A stretch of 64,000 bases of DNA from Lama glama (taxonomy: Eukaryota). Where the stretch lies: NCBI GenBank assembly GCA_028534125.1, contig CM052816.1:17114001-17178000 (forward strand), given 5' to 3'. The position numbers were made by a program, and so were the translations under genes. Shown one piece after another: positions 48,201 to 61,746 of this stretch. The notes beneath the pieces are model-generated. The model worked only from the letters and a program-made list of their open reading frames with translations. It did not search any database and had not been told where the DNA came from. How positions within the stretch are numbered: position 1 is the stretch's first letter; every line of letters starts with the position of its first letter.

Positions 48201-51200
48201 TCTTTGCCCTTGAAATCATACACTTTGAATTTATAAGATAAACCATCATCAACATAATATTACTTTGGATTATTTCTACTAACAGGGCTAGGTTTGTGTC
48301 TTACTCTTGCTGTAATCTCCTGTACCAACTCCAGAACCCAGCACACAGTAGGTGCTTCATATAAATAAGTTGAATAAATGAATGTATGAACTGTTTAGTA
48401 GCCAAAAGAGATTTAAATTCTGTTTTCAGATTCTAGTTACTTGTTCTACTAGCAAGTCTGCTCCATTTTTTTTAGGTCTACTCAGATTTAACAGAAGCAA
48501 AATCTTTTTTTTCAGCTTCCTATACTTTAAGGGATTGGAATTCTTGAATGCTCATCCCTTTGGTTCTCTTTGGTTCCCAGTTTCTTGTGGACTTTTTGAA
48601 GGAATGAGAGGTAACTACAGAAGGAAGGCGGAAGGCGCAAGACCAGTTCAGTCTGCCTCTCCAGCCGTACATTTTTCTTCGAAGTTAAGTTGTTAAAATG
48701 CAGTTGGTCAGGAACAAGCCTGTGGGATATTCACTTTATGTCCTCCATACAGTTAGTTAATTCCTTCTTGGAAAGGATGCTTTTGTTAATCCTAGAGCCA
48801 TTACTCATAAGTTTTTTGTTGTTTGTTTTGTTTAAGTTTTAATAAGAAACATTTTAAAATACAGGAATATGACAGAAGGAACTGGATGTTTTTATTAGTA
48901 CACGAGAATATTTTAAAACGTTGCAATGATTAACAGCTTATGAGAAAAGGTTATAATTACTTTGGTTTAGAGTTTTAACTTCTTTCCTGTTAAAAATTTA
49001 CAACTCATTAATTCTCTGTCTGTGCAGACATTGTAGAAAAAGTCTGAGGTCTAACTGACCCCTAAATGTTCAGTTGAAGAGTGACACCGTTAGCCTTCTG
49101 CTGTTTTGTCTTTGTAACATTTCATACGCAGATACTAGAACCACCAGAAAATGGGATAACATTAAAAATTTTATGTATGTATTCAGCCTATTATGGCCTC
49201 TTTGTTTTATATCTAATGGAGCATGGAATTGATTGACTTTTGCTTCAAATGCTATTTATAAGATTTGGGAAAGCAGGAATTTAAAAATCACACAAAAGAA
49301 AAGTGCTCCAGTTAGATAATTTACCTGTGGTGAATCTTGTGCCTCACTGTCATTTTGAGCTTGAAACACAGCAGCTGCATTCTGTGGTCCTAGTAATCTG
49401 CGAGCCATCTTCTCCTCATATGTTAGCCGCTTTAATGAAATAAGTCATAAAGGAGACAGTAGTGAGATTTAATAAAAGTTATTTGTATAGCTTTACCCTA
49501 AAACCACCAAGAATTATACCAAAGAAGTATACTTCTGTCTATTGAATGATACTGTGTTTTAAAAAAATCATTTTATTTCATTCAAAACATTTCCTTTCAT
49601 TCTAGTACCACTTCCCTCACCTGTAATATTTGTTGTTTTCTTTTGTCTCCTAGGAAAGGCAAGCATAATCACCTGCAAACAAAGCTCTTCCAAATAAAGG
49701 GAAATTCTTTTACTTCCTCCTTGTTTTGCATGTTCCTGTTGGCTCTGTCTTTGAATATAGTACTGTATGTCCTCACATTCAGAAATAACTTTTATTAAAT
49801 GAACACAATATTTAATTTACTAACTTCTGAGTAAAAGCAGTGCAACTGGTATGTTAAAGGTATTTGGATTAAAGGCATATAGTACTGTTTCAAAGATCAG
49901 TGGCTAATATAATGTGCATACTAAGAATTATAGCTATCTTTCTGTTTATAATGTACACCAAAGTACCTGAAGAAGTCAGGTTGACAGCATTTAGTTAGTT
50001 GATCATCATACATAGTTTATGGGAGGGTAAAGCTTAAAGGAAAATTTTACTTAAATCATTCATACTGATTTTTTTTCATTTGCTTCAGTCTTTTACTAAT
50101 GAAAACCAAGAGGGGATTTCATGCAGAGAAATATGGAATAGGGTCCACATATTCCTTCCTTTTAGATGATTGTATCCCTTTTTGATTGTATGGACATAGA
50201 TCTGTGAGACAGAAATAACTTTCTTATTGAAATTAGATTTTATACTTTTATTGGCTTTTTGTACAAAATAAACATCTTGCTCACTTGGTTTCCATTATGA
50301 AGAAGGCTGTCCTTGCATTTTAGCTTTCTCTCCAAATCTTGAATCAGAGCTTCTTTTGATCCTTGTATTTCATGGTCAGGAGTCCTTGGTGTGGGCTTAG
50401 CATTTGCACTTTGGGATGGCTTAGCAGTTACAGGTTGGCCAACTGAGGGTTGTTGATAGCTTTAAAAAGAAAAAAAGATTTAAAAAAAAGATCTTTAAAG
50501 TAAGATGTGTGTCTAAAATAGAATTTGCCACATTTTTTCAGTCACCTTTAGGTAGGTTGACTTTACCACTTAGAACTGCTGGTGTTATTAAAACACCAGT
50601 TGCCCTAATAACAGTCAAGAAAGATTTTATAAGAATGGTTACCAGCTGGGTTTTTTGTTTGTTTGTTTGTTTTTGTCTTGGCAAATGAAAATTAAGTGGC
50701 AGGAGAAGCAATTTAGACATAAGGAGGATGTTGAAGATTGTCCCTAAAGAAGTGGGAGTAAGTCTAGTTACTAGCAGCTTGACAGCTGTCCCAGGCTTCC
50801 AGTTGAATTTCATAAGTTTGATTTATGGGTGGATAGTAAGCAGTGGTGTTCTGGAACCGACTCATATGGGTTCAAGAGAGCTGATTTTTAGCATCTCCTC
50901 CCAGCTCCCTTTGATCTCATGTTGATAGTTTGAAATTGGTGGTGATGGGAGTATCTACAGGGAAACTGATAAACACCACACACAATCATGGCTCCTTTCT
51001 CCAGAGCTAATTGTTAAACAATTACCAGCATAACCACTGGTATTTAGTGGTTTGAGTGGAGTCTATAGTTTGCATAGTCTCTCATTTTCCTCCTAATTTC
51101 CAATTCCTGTCAGTTTCATATTTAGATAATCCAAGTGTGGCACTGTATAACAACTACTGCAGTAATGACGGTGTCTTCAACATTGCTAAAGTGATTTTTA

Positions 51201-54200
51201 GAGAAAGAAAGGGATGATTAGAGGACGAAAGGAATATAAACATAGAAATAAGGGAGTTTGGGGAAAAAAGGAAATACGAATGAATGGCAGTTGAAGAGTT
51301 CAGTTTAAATCCATATTTCAGATTCTGATCCTAAATTTTCTTCCAAGAGGTACTTGCTCACTTCCAGCGTTTCCCTACTGATTCTGATAGAGGGCAGGGG
51401 TGGTATTTAGGGAGTCCTGTGTATTTCTAGATCTGTTAAGTGGCTCACACTTTTCAGTGCTTTATTCAGATTTTGCCTAGTTTATTTCCTTAGGTCTCTA
51501 CAAGTGCTAGCTTTTATCTGTTTAGTATGGGAAAACTGGCCACTGCCCTCAATGACTATTTTGCCATTACCATAATAAATGTTCTCCAGTTTTCCAGGTG
51601 AGGCAGCCTTGGTCTGTTCTTTGATGTTTTCCTGTTCAAGAATTCTCAAGGATTGTTAAAAGAACTTGTAAACTAAGTGGCTCTGAGTGGAGCTAGAGTT
51701 TTAATTTTTGCAGGCTTTGGGGGACTTAGTAATCTCTAGATTGTAAATATACTGAAGAAAAAATGATGTTTTACTACTCAGTGTTGTATTATTTATATCT
51801 GCTAACACAAAGCCTATGTATAGGGGATACTATAAGTTGAAGGAATGCATATGTTTTATTGTATTCAAGATGCTCTATATTGAAAGTTGATTGTATACAT
51901 TTTCCCTCTTAACATTTCAGTTTTTCAAGATTGTCTATATCAGTCCTTAACTGAAGTCTGGTTTGTTCAATTAAGTAAATAGCCAAACCAAATGAGGTGT
52001 TTTAAATAAATAAAGAGGTGTTTTGTTTTAAGATTGAATTCCTAGGTCAGAGAGGTAAAATTCCTGTGGTTTTTCTGTTTCTTTAACTGTATGAAGTTAT
52101 ACTAGTTTTTTTTTTTTTGAGCTAGCCTACCATTTTTTTAAAAGTCATACATGTTTGGTAAAGTGAATTAGTATTAAATAATTCTGTTGTCAGACTGTCA
52201 TAATATAATATATATGAGGAATCCTGAAGACCTGTCAAAACCAAGCTTGAGAACCATTGATACATGTATAACCTCAGTCACTTTATTAACTGAATACCCC
52301 CATTATTACCAGGTGTAAATGTTAGGACTTGATATCTGTTCATAATTAGAAACTAAAATTATACTTGCACACTGCTTTATAGGGTTTTTTCTTTCTGTCA
52401 TTAATCACCCAAATCCTTACTTTGTTACAGATCAGAAAACTGAGTCACCAAGCAGGTTAGGTAAACTTGCTGAATGTCACAAAGCAAGCTTTTTGAAAGG
52501 AACAATTAGAATTAAGGAGTTCCCCTAAATTTGTAGTCTGTGGTTTTATCAACTGAATAAAACATTTGCTTAAGGGTTTTCTACTGATGAAAAGCTAAAT
52601 AAAGCTTTCAAACTTCTCTAGGTCAAAATCCAAGGGATTATTTTAGAAGACAGGGCAAACTTAAGCCCATCATAACAATGAGGGAGTTGTGCACAAATGT
52701 TCAAAGGGCCATAGCTTTCCATCCTGTGCAGCTGGGCACTGAATGGATATCAAGTGGCTGTGGGAAGATTAAAAGAGTTATCTATGGTTGCTGAAAATGG
52801 AACATCTAAAGCTGGATCTTTGATCTCTGGTTTTGTGGTCCTCCAATGCTATATTTCTTAACCTCTCCATTTTTGCCTTTCTTCCTCTAAGTTCTGTGCA
52901 AAAAGCTGGGTACATGGTTGAGGCTCACTAATATTTATTTGATGGCTTTCTTTTCTGGGCAGGAATTTGAAATAGGATTAAAAGACTTTACTAGGGAAAA
53001 ATATTATAGTCCAAAAAGATTATTTTAGATTTGAAGATGCACATACAGGAAACTTAGAAGTAACTGAAAGCTAGATGGAAAAAGATGGTCTGGGTTTTAC
53101 CAAGAAAAATTTACAATATGTGATAATGGGTACAGTGGGGATTTGGGAGGGAAGAGAAAGAGAGGGCTCTTAATTCTTGAAGACATCTTTTTAAAACATT
53201 AGGCCAAACCTATGAGAATTGAGTTTTTGTATATCAAAAATCATTTACTATCAGCCCTTTCAAATGGTTCAACCTAGTATCTGTCAGCTTCTAACAAATG
53301 ATTTTGGCTTTCCTGGTTTTTATTTTTTAAAATATATTGAAAAACTTTCTTTGCAAGTTGAATTACTGTAGTTTATTTAACTAGGTTTCCAGAGTTGGCA
53401 CCAACAATACTCTAGAAAAATTAGCCTCTAGAGAAATTAGCAAGAATTTCAGCAAATCTGTTGATAAGCCTTCAACCAACAGAACATATTCCATCAGACA
53501 GTTTTTCAGATGCCTCTGATTTAATTCTCTGATGTTCTAGCCAGCTAAGGAATAGGAAAACTGATAGCCCAAAGTTTGCATAAGCAACAGGTATTCAGTT
53601 CATGTTTTAAAAAAAGCACAACCACTATGTCCTTCATATCAGGTTCTCCTAGGACAGTTTTAGGGCTGTGGAAATAGTACATGCTTGCATAAGGCTGCAG
53701 GTATTCTTCCTTTTATGTAGATCAGTCCAACCAGTTTGAACAAAGTGTGATTTTAATTACCAAAGGAAACCTTAAGGTCATGGGCCTTTATTCAAGACTT
53801 TCTCCTTCAGACCATAGGGAAAATTCATACATGTTAGTGTCTGAATCCCATATTTTCTTCTTAGCCAAGTGGATATTCAGGATCAGAGGGGAGAATGGAT
53901 AGGAAGAAAGACTAAGACTGAGAAGAAACTTAATAGCCTCTGCTTATGTGAGAGGAAATCCTATCTGAAGAAGAGCAGACAGGTGTTCATCTTAGCTAAG
54001 CCCAGAAACAGCAATGTACAGCATGAAGAACTTAACTTAGAGCTAGGGAAATAGTTCATTTATTGAGTGTGTTAGAAATCCTTTTTTTTTTTAAAGATGG
54101 AATATAATAGGTAAGTAATTGTATGGGGTAATAGGTAATTTGGGTTCAACTCAGCCTGGACATTGGAGAAAGGGTCAAATGACTTCTTATTGCCAGGACC

Positions 54201-54726
54201 TTGGTTAAGGTGTTCTAGGAGAAATGGAATGAGACCTGGAGGTCACATTGCCTTTTTCAATTGTGAAGAATGAAGTACATAACCCGTCCCCCCACCCCAT
54301 ACAAGCTCACTATATATAGTTATATTCTTACTTATATATACATATGTACATATTTTAAAAGCTTACTTACTTGGAGTCCACCGTGGAGGAGATTTTACTG
54401 CTGCTGTAATCAGGCTGTGATGGTAATATGGAGCTGAGAAAGCTGGCTGGGGACTGGTTGTAAGTGGCTGTAACCCTTTGGCCTGGGATGGAGCCAGCAA
54501 GCTGCTGGGGAGAAGCAGGGAAAGCAGAGGAGGACATAGTGATGTGAGAGCTCATTGTTGAGGAGGCAGAAAATCTTTGCTCTGTGCACTGGCGGGGCTG
54601 GATGACAATGGAAGACTGTTTGGTCTGGCTAGAGTAGCTGGAGGTTTCCGGTCCTGGAGGCTGCAGTCTGGAGCCACATGGATTTTGGGGTTGGATGAAG
54701 TGTTTTGGACGTTCGTAGTTAAACAT
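42236..54726 (-). CDS. MYOT: Myotilin, canonical short isoform, 9 coding exons, 499 aa
   Basis: Exons: 54726-54371 (MFNYERPKHFIQ...), 50459-50285, 49429-49325, 46975-46926, 46319-46187, 45162-44955, 43405-43240, 42756-42623, 42408-42236 (…GLYESEEL*). They sum to 1500 nt, all GT-AG and in phase. Ser-rich N-terminus, two C-terminal I-set Ig domains and the ESEEL tail are present. Confidence 0.97.
43680..43935 (+). mobile_element. MIR SINE
   Basis: tttgggttcaaattct...ccagctgtgac...tctgaggctcaagtttt...ttgtgaggat...agcacttt. Confidence 0.65.
44685..44832 (-). pseudogene. Decayed intronic duplicate of MYOT exon 8
   Basis: Collinear similarity to 43236-43392, including an identical 20-mer TTCCAGAAAAGCTTTGGTGG (44726-44745 vs 43282-43301), TTCACTGAGT and the donor-side CTACCTT. 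Indels break the frame. Confidence 0.75.
45830..46075 (-). mobile_element. MIR SINE
   Basis: MIR core cccattttacaggtgaga...agagatgttaaatgacttgtctaaggttaca...ccaggattctaaccca. Similar MIR fragments lie at about 2650-2800, 3650-3830 and 63760-63920. Confidence 0.7.
50841..51039. mobile_element. hAT-like non-autonomous DNA transposon (MITE)
   Basis: Imperfect terminal inverted repeats CAGTGGTGTTCTGG ... CCAGCATAACCACTG. Family assignment is tentative. Confidence 0.55.
53199..53277. mobile_element. MADE2-like mini mariner element
   Basis: About 80 bp with imperfect TIRs TAGGCCAAACC...GGTTCAACCTA flanked by TA. Confidence 0.55.
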
Positions 54727-54928
54727 GCTTAGCTGGTTTATGGAAGTTGCAGGCAACTTATTATTTGCTCCTGGAGGGGTAGGGTCCTGAATCTGGGGCT
54801 GCAAGCCTGGAATTACAGAAGGTTGCAGTGAATCAGAAGCAACCTTGGTCTGTCCCTCCTTGTTGAGATCCTGGGAATATTGTGCTCCTGGCTTTGATGG
54901 AGTGGACTTCTCTTGAAGAATATTGTTC
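54727..54928 (-). CDS. MYOT: In-frame open 5' part of MYOT exon 2 (UTR in the short isoform, coding in the predicted long isoform)
   Basis: No stop from the acceptor (ttttctccttttgaag|G at 54928) to the canonical ATG. Translation: NNILQEKSTPSKPGAQYSQDLNKEGQTKVASDSLQPSVIPGLQPQIQDPTPPGANNKLPATSINQLS-M. An in-frame TGA lies just inside the intron. Confidence 0.72.
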
Positions 54929-57310
54929 CTTCAAAAGGAGAAAATGATTCAGTTACAATATCTTTGTAAAAAACAGTGCTGTTTATTTAATACCTTTAGG
55001 AGTTTATGTGCTTTTTTTTTTTTTTTTTGAGCTGATGTGCTTTGAAGGTCACCTCAAGGTGGAACTTCCCTGGCTTCTAGACTTCCCATTCCTTTTTCTG
55101 TTGCCTTTGCACAATGACTTTTCCCTTGAGAATAAGAAAAAAGGATTCATTAGTGTGTGTTTGCCTCTGGGTGATTCTTAAAGCATGCCAGGGGCTTCAA
55201 GATACAGGAACACAAATTCGAGTTTGCCAAGTGGTTATTTATGACAAGAAAATCTGTGATGTTGCTCAGTGTGATAATTTTATGGTTTCATGTTTAGCTT
55301 TTGCCCAGAGGCTACAGTTTCATTAACTACAGAGACTTCATGATTTAAAATTATTAGCAGTTAAATATATAATATGTCAGCTTCCATCCAGTAGAGATTC
55401 TTCCCCTTGCTCATCAGAATCAATGAACAGCTGTTCTGATACACCAATTAATTCTTGCCCTGGTGATCTGTGATGAATGACACAGTGAATTAAGGGGAGC
55501 AATATGCCTCTTTTGTAAAGAACATTACATTAATATCCATATTTGCTCCTTCACCCTTTTACAATTTCACAAGTTTGAGTAAACATCTATACTTCACTGT
55601 TGTCATGTGATATTCTCTTAGTTTGACTTATTATTTTTGCCTGTTTAATATGTATTTTAGATTAATTCTGAAATTGTTTTGGTTCCTATATTTTCTTTTG
55701 AAACAGCAAGCAGGATGTACAGAAGGAAGTAAGGCAGCTATGATAAGTTAGCCTGTACTTTACCAAGAAAAGATGAGTGTCATTTCCTTCCTTAGTTCTG
55801 CATCGATGCTCCTGACTTCCTACAGTTGATCCCCATTTGTCCTTAGATGAATCATTTGCCACTAAAATCAACCTTGAAGGAATATATTTGCCTCTGATTT
55901 CTTCCATTAGTATGGTAAATCTGAGCAGGACTAGATGTAGACATTACATACTAAGACTAGCCCCATAAATTACTGTAATGTTGATTCTGTCTTTATTTAA
56001 AATATCAGGTAATTTAGTACAAAATACATGTAGTTTGTTTCATACAGTATAAACTAACACTGAGATGATGATAAAATCAAACTTTTAAGTAACAAAATTA
56101 CTCAAATTTTGTCATCAGTGAAGCAAAATTTTATAATTAATTTCCTATCTTGAGGAAAGTATCATTTTTAATAAAGAATTTCCAAACCAAACAACTTCAT
56201 CCTAAGGTTGTGCATGTAGTTTAGAGTTAAATTAAAATTAGCAGTTTTAGGAAAGAACAAAAATACAACTAAATAGCCAAAGAGAAAGTTCTATTGAAAA
56301 AGGCACTTAAAAAGTCATACATTCCTTATTTTCGAGTTTATGAACACAAGCACATTCAACTAGAGTGCATTTTAGTAATTAACTATATTAGGCCTTAAAT
56401 TATTGGAGAAAAACATCCAGAAGGAGGCTTTAATTAGATATTCTTAAGAAAAAAAAGACTCTATTTCAAGGCAAGTAGTTTTTTAGTTATGGGTTTATTT
56501 ATTCCATTGCAGAATTGAATCCAGAGTTTGGTTTTAAGTTACTTTTTGGGCAGGCAGATTATTCAGATTCATTTCAAACAGTAAGGAATAAACTGTTTAA
56601 CAAATACCCGGTAGGTGTTTTTCAAAAAGTTCCCTATTTTTCTTTATGTGTATTTTTAGAACGTCAGCTACCTTGTACATTTTGGTATCAGCTTGTGTAG
56701 TTAGCAATTACTATTAATTTAAAAATTAATTAAAAATATTTTCTTTAAAAAGTTTCATTTTATTCATATCACAACAAAATTTTATACGGATGTTTATACA
56801 GGTAGCTCTGAAAGGCTTTTCTTCATGTTTGTAATTACTGTTCAATAATCAAGTCTATAATCAATTCTATTATATGACAGTATTGTTTTATTCCAAATAA
56901 TGTTAAATAAAATTCAAAGAGTTTACTAATAAAATACTGTTAAGTCTTCTATTTAGAAAACGCTTAACCTTTTTCTCCTATCTCTTAATATAGCTCAGGC
57001 TTGTATTAAAAAACAGGGTATTTTGAAGCTGTAGGACATCACCACAATTACAGTCAGACCAAGTGTCCCTTTTCAAAGAAAAATGATTTTAAAATAATGA
57101 CATAGTGATCTTTCCTTCTACCCTTTCTATAATTCCTTCGAGTTTCAGTGGAATAATTGGTCACATTCTCTTCAAATCTTTGTATAATACCATTATGATG
57201 TGGTTTTCAAACTTTTTATCTGAAGATCCCCTTTTACATATTCCTCTGATTTGGACAAAAAAGCCAAAAACAAAACCCTAAACTGTAGCAGGAATAAATA
57301 AGGGACTTAC

Positions 57311-57460
57311 CCGAGTTCCAGAGGGTGCCAGTTGGGTTTAACCTACTACTAAAGGGAAGGAAGAGGCATCCTCTTCCCTCACAGGCTAGTCTAGTAGCTC
57401 TGTGCTTAGTATTATAGCACCACTGACTTTTATCAGCTGCCAAACAGTGACATCTGATGT
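57311..57460 (-). promoter_or_regulatory. MYOT: Probable non-coding exon 1 and proximal promoter of short MYOT
   Basis: Strong donor CTCGG|gtaagt at 57311/57310. On - there is a TATA-like CTATAAT at about 57411-57417, a GATAA at about 57430 and E-boxes CAGCTG (57434-57439) and CATCTG (57451-57456), as typical of muscle promoters. The TSS is not determined. Confidence 0.6.
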
Positions 57461-60400
57461 GCTTGCCTGTCCATCTACCTATGCTGGCATGTCAAAGTAA
57501 GAGTCCATGATCTAAACAATATCTCAGATGTCTTAGTGATATTTAAGGAGTGGGATTACTTGAGCTTCTCTTACAGGGCTCTTTATTTTAGATGCGAATT
57601 TTGATTATGAGTTTAGCAAGCTCATGTAGGGAGAAGGGCAGTGAATTGGGAAATGGGAAGAAGTGTAAAGAAAACTCAGTTTCTTTTTTGTGGTGGGGAT
57701 TTTGAATTTTCCCTGTTGAAGAAAGGACTAAAAGGGAACTAGTGTTCTAAGACTGACATTCTACCCAGTAAGACCTCCAGAAACAAACCCAGTGATGGAT
57801 GGGCTCCAGATTGATTTGTATTGGATAGTTCATCTGAAGGCCGTGTTTTTTTCTCTTGCCAAATAGGAGTCGAGGTAGAGTGGGGTTCATGCAGTTTGTT
57901 GCAAGAGAAAGAGTGTGTCTGGGCAAAGGCAGGAGAGCAGGGTGAAGGAGTCATGTCACTGGGAAGGTGGGGTAGTGGAAAAAAATGATTTGGTTTCTTT
58001 AGCAAGTTCTCTGAATGAGATTTGCCTCCTTGACCTTATACTTTTATTCTAAAAGAGCTTTGAAACACTTAAGAAACTACTAAACAAACAGTCTATACAA
58101 TTAGGGCTCTGTACTGGTAAACTTCTTTATCTCCTTTGCTCCTAACAGTTACATAGTTTTGTTTCTCTTTTCATTCAGGAGACCTTGGTATTTAGGTTTC
58201 CATTTTTACGTAGGGAAGCAAATAATTACAGAGGAAGAAACATTCAGATCAACAAGAGATGGTGGAAAGGGGTAGGTAACTTGAGAATCAGTCCCATTGA
58301 GTGGAATTCTCCCTATTTAATGGCTTCAGCTTTGATATGCTTTTGTTGTTTAAAGCATAACTATTTATTCCCCTCCCTCCTGGGTACCCCAGTCCTGGTG
58401 TAATTACTGTGTACATTAGGGTCCAACAAATCAGTGTTTGAGCACATATGAGCCATTTAAAATTCTTCACAGCTGACCATTCTTCCTTTGGCATTCAGAG
58501 AAGGTTTGATAACTGCCACCTGGGCATGCAGCCATTCCTTAGCAGAAAAGACATACTTGGCTTGATGAGTAGGTGTTTGTCTACAAAGTCTTATTTCAGG
58601 AATCTGCTAAAATGTTTCTCCACATCTGCTTACTGTTATTTCACATTCCATTAATAGGGACAAAGCCTTTCAATCCAAATTAGAGAGACTTAAAATGTAA
58701 ATGCAAGTGACAATAACAATAGCAAGAATAACCGGCACATATAGCATTTACTATGAGTCAGGCCCTATTCTAGGCACTTTAAATGTCGTATATGTGACTG
58801 TTATTTGGTTCTTCCCAAGAACAGGGTTTGAGATATACCTTACCAGCCAAGTAGGGAAGATGCCTAGGACAAATTTAAATTCCCAATTTTGCATTGGGCA
58901 GATTCTAAATGTTCTATAGTTGAGGAAAAACTTTAGTTTTATTTAGTCTTTATCCTTTAAGCTTAGCCTCTTCTTTCCCACGGGCCTTTGTAAGCTACAA
59001 TGTCCATCACAGAGTGGTAGCTGCATGGTACGTCTAGGCTAAGGTTCTTGCTACAATTAGGGGATCAAGGGATGGTTCAGTAGGAAAGGTAAGTAAGTAA
59101 GATCTTTTTTTATGACATCATTCTCAGAAGTTAAGGATATATATATTCAGTAATCTACTATGAATCTTTTTTATACCTTTTATTGTTTGGTTTGCTTTTT
59201 TGAAATGATATTTTGTGTTTCTTCACAAATATGGCTGTTTGAATGGCTTAGTTGCTTATTTGAGAAGAATCATCCTAAAACTGAAAGAATTATTAGGATA
59301 TGTGAACCCTATTCCAGCCCGCTCCCAAAGGCAACTTTTTCCATTTCTTTCTCTAAATTATGAGTACAGGCCTCTGGTAAATCATTCTAATGCCTAACGA
59401 AATGTAGGTAACTTCCTACTATCTCAGATGTTTCCTACTGAAACATTTCCTGCTGCATATCCAGGGAATTCCTTCTTGTCCCATCATCAGTAGAAGGGTA
59501 GCTATTTTAACTGTCACTCACTAGTCCCTTCTTCATACATAGTCCTTGTATTTTAAAATGTGAAGTGTATAGCAGTTGTGAAAGTGGTACTGTGAGCATC
59601 TTCTAAAGTCAGAGGCCAGATATGTCTGTTGACGGTAATTTCTGCCGTATTGACTGAGAAGGAAACTATTATATTGAGTATGAAAGGACTAAACAGAGAA
59701 GAATGTTTTATTTTTCAGGTTATGCTTGGTTCACTACGATTACTGAAGTTCTGCATAGACATATAGCAAAAGGGAATCCCACTGTAGCACTCATAGTTTG
59801 AAATATCCATTCTTGCACTTGACTCAATCATATTCTTCTCAAGCAAGAAATAATAATGGACACTCCACTGGGTTTGGAGTCAAACAGTAAAAATGATAAC
59901 ATTAATTTGGTTAATGTTCTACAACTTTCTAGACACATTAACCTTTTTATTATCTATTTTGGAGACCTAAGTGTGAGTGCCCACTCTACCACATATTTGC
60001 TGTGTAACCTTAGACAAGTTGCTTAAACTCTCTGAACTGTAATAATTAACTGAAAAATAACTTTAATAATTAATAAAAAATAAAAAAAACTGTTTTACTA
60101 ACCTAAATCAGGTTGCTGAGAGACTCAAATGAAACAGGAAATCATATAATGGACTACTATGTGGCATAATATATCTCTTCAACTAGGTTAAATTTTTTTC
60201 TGAGGGAGAGACTCTTTATTACTTATCTTGCCTAGGACAGTGTAGCTCATAGTAGACATTCAGTTAAAAACTTCTTAAACTTTCATGGAACTTTTACTGG
60301 ATAATTTCCCCCACAAATGATTTTGTTAATGAAAATGAAGGTAATTGCATAGAAAAGATACTATATTGTAAATTTAGGGTCTTTTTAAGTCCTCAATGCT

Positions 60401-61746
60401 CACTGCTAAACATAGGTACTCATGGAGGAAAATTTTGGATATGAGTGTTGGCTATTTTCCCAAGGCAAGTGTAGTGCAGAAATTGACAAAACTCATAGAA
60501 TGTTCTTAATAAATGTCTGTTGAATAAATTGCAGTCTTACTTATTTTCCCACACACCCATTCTTCCTTGACCCCACAAGGAGTCTTTATTTGTAGGGGTA
60601 GTTACTTCTTAGGCAACTAGAGATCCCATAAGCTAAAGGGGTTCCAGGGGACCAACTGAGAAATCACTGTCATGGGATGTTATTGGAGATACACTGATCC
60701 TGATAAAAAAGCAATGCAGTGAAGTAATAGCTACTATTTTTGAATTCCTGCTGTGTACTTCACATACATTGTTCTAGGTCTGTTAGTCTCCCAAGTCCAA
60801 ACTTTCCCTTTCTGCCTTCATTGCAAGAAACATTGAAGAAGTACCTATCCCAAGGTCGTGGAAGCATGAGGAACCAGCCCTCAATAATATGAGCCAGTCA
60901 TCTACAGTTTTTGTCATTTGTAGCATAAGGAACATCAGATAGATGACCTTTGATTCTGTCCATCTCTAACTTGATGTATTTCTCTCACTTAATAAACCCA
61001 AATAGTATTCACAAAATCTAAAAAGAGATTCTTGTATCTTCTTATTTTGTTACTACAGAGGCTACATTTAGTTGTCCTAGGTAAGTGGTCAAGAAGACCG
61101 GTTAAGTTTTATTAAAGGTATTGAGCCTAAAGGTAACTTTAGGCTGGTGAAATATTTAGTGGATTGTGTTAGATAAAAGAAAAAATTTAAATGACTTTTT
61201 AAGTATCAACTTTTAGGTTTTAAAAAAAAATCAGTATTTTCGTTTGTGGTTTGTGTTTGGGGAGTAGGGATGGTGGTGGATGGTGTTTTAAACATAGCCT
61301 GATTGGCAGAGTCACTCTACTGTATTATCTTTCCATTTATACGTTTGTTCTCTAAATGCAAGGACAATTCTGTCTATATTCTAAGACTGACTAAGAAAAA
61401 AACCTCTATCACAAAATGTTTTATATATTTATATTGAGGTAACACACTGAATTCTATTTTGGGAAAAGATTCCACTTCTTCAAAATCTTTTGCCATTTCA
61501 TCATTGCTGATTTTTGTTTTCAGTAAGTCTCTGTATCAAACCCTTAAATGTGGATCTAAGCACATGACTTACTATTTCGGCCCTGGTAAAATGCATGATG
61601 GAATGTAATAGAGAAATGACAGAAATAAAGTGCTTCTTCTCAGAATGCGAGCTCTCTGAGGCAGGAGCTTTGTCCTGTTCACTGTTCTATCTATAGAACC
61701 AAGAGCAATTGTTGAATGAGCGAATGTTAGGTCTGTCTACCCTTAC

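Noticed and set aside
48382..48790. 104-aa plus-strand ORF or possible extra MYOT exon
   Set aside because: No recognisable motif, and the minus-strand frames I checked contain stops.
55495..55550. Imperfect inverted repeat GGAGCAATATG...CATATTTGCTCC
   Set aside because: Short stem with a large loop, not miRNA-like, and plausible by chance.
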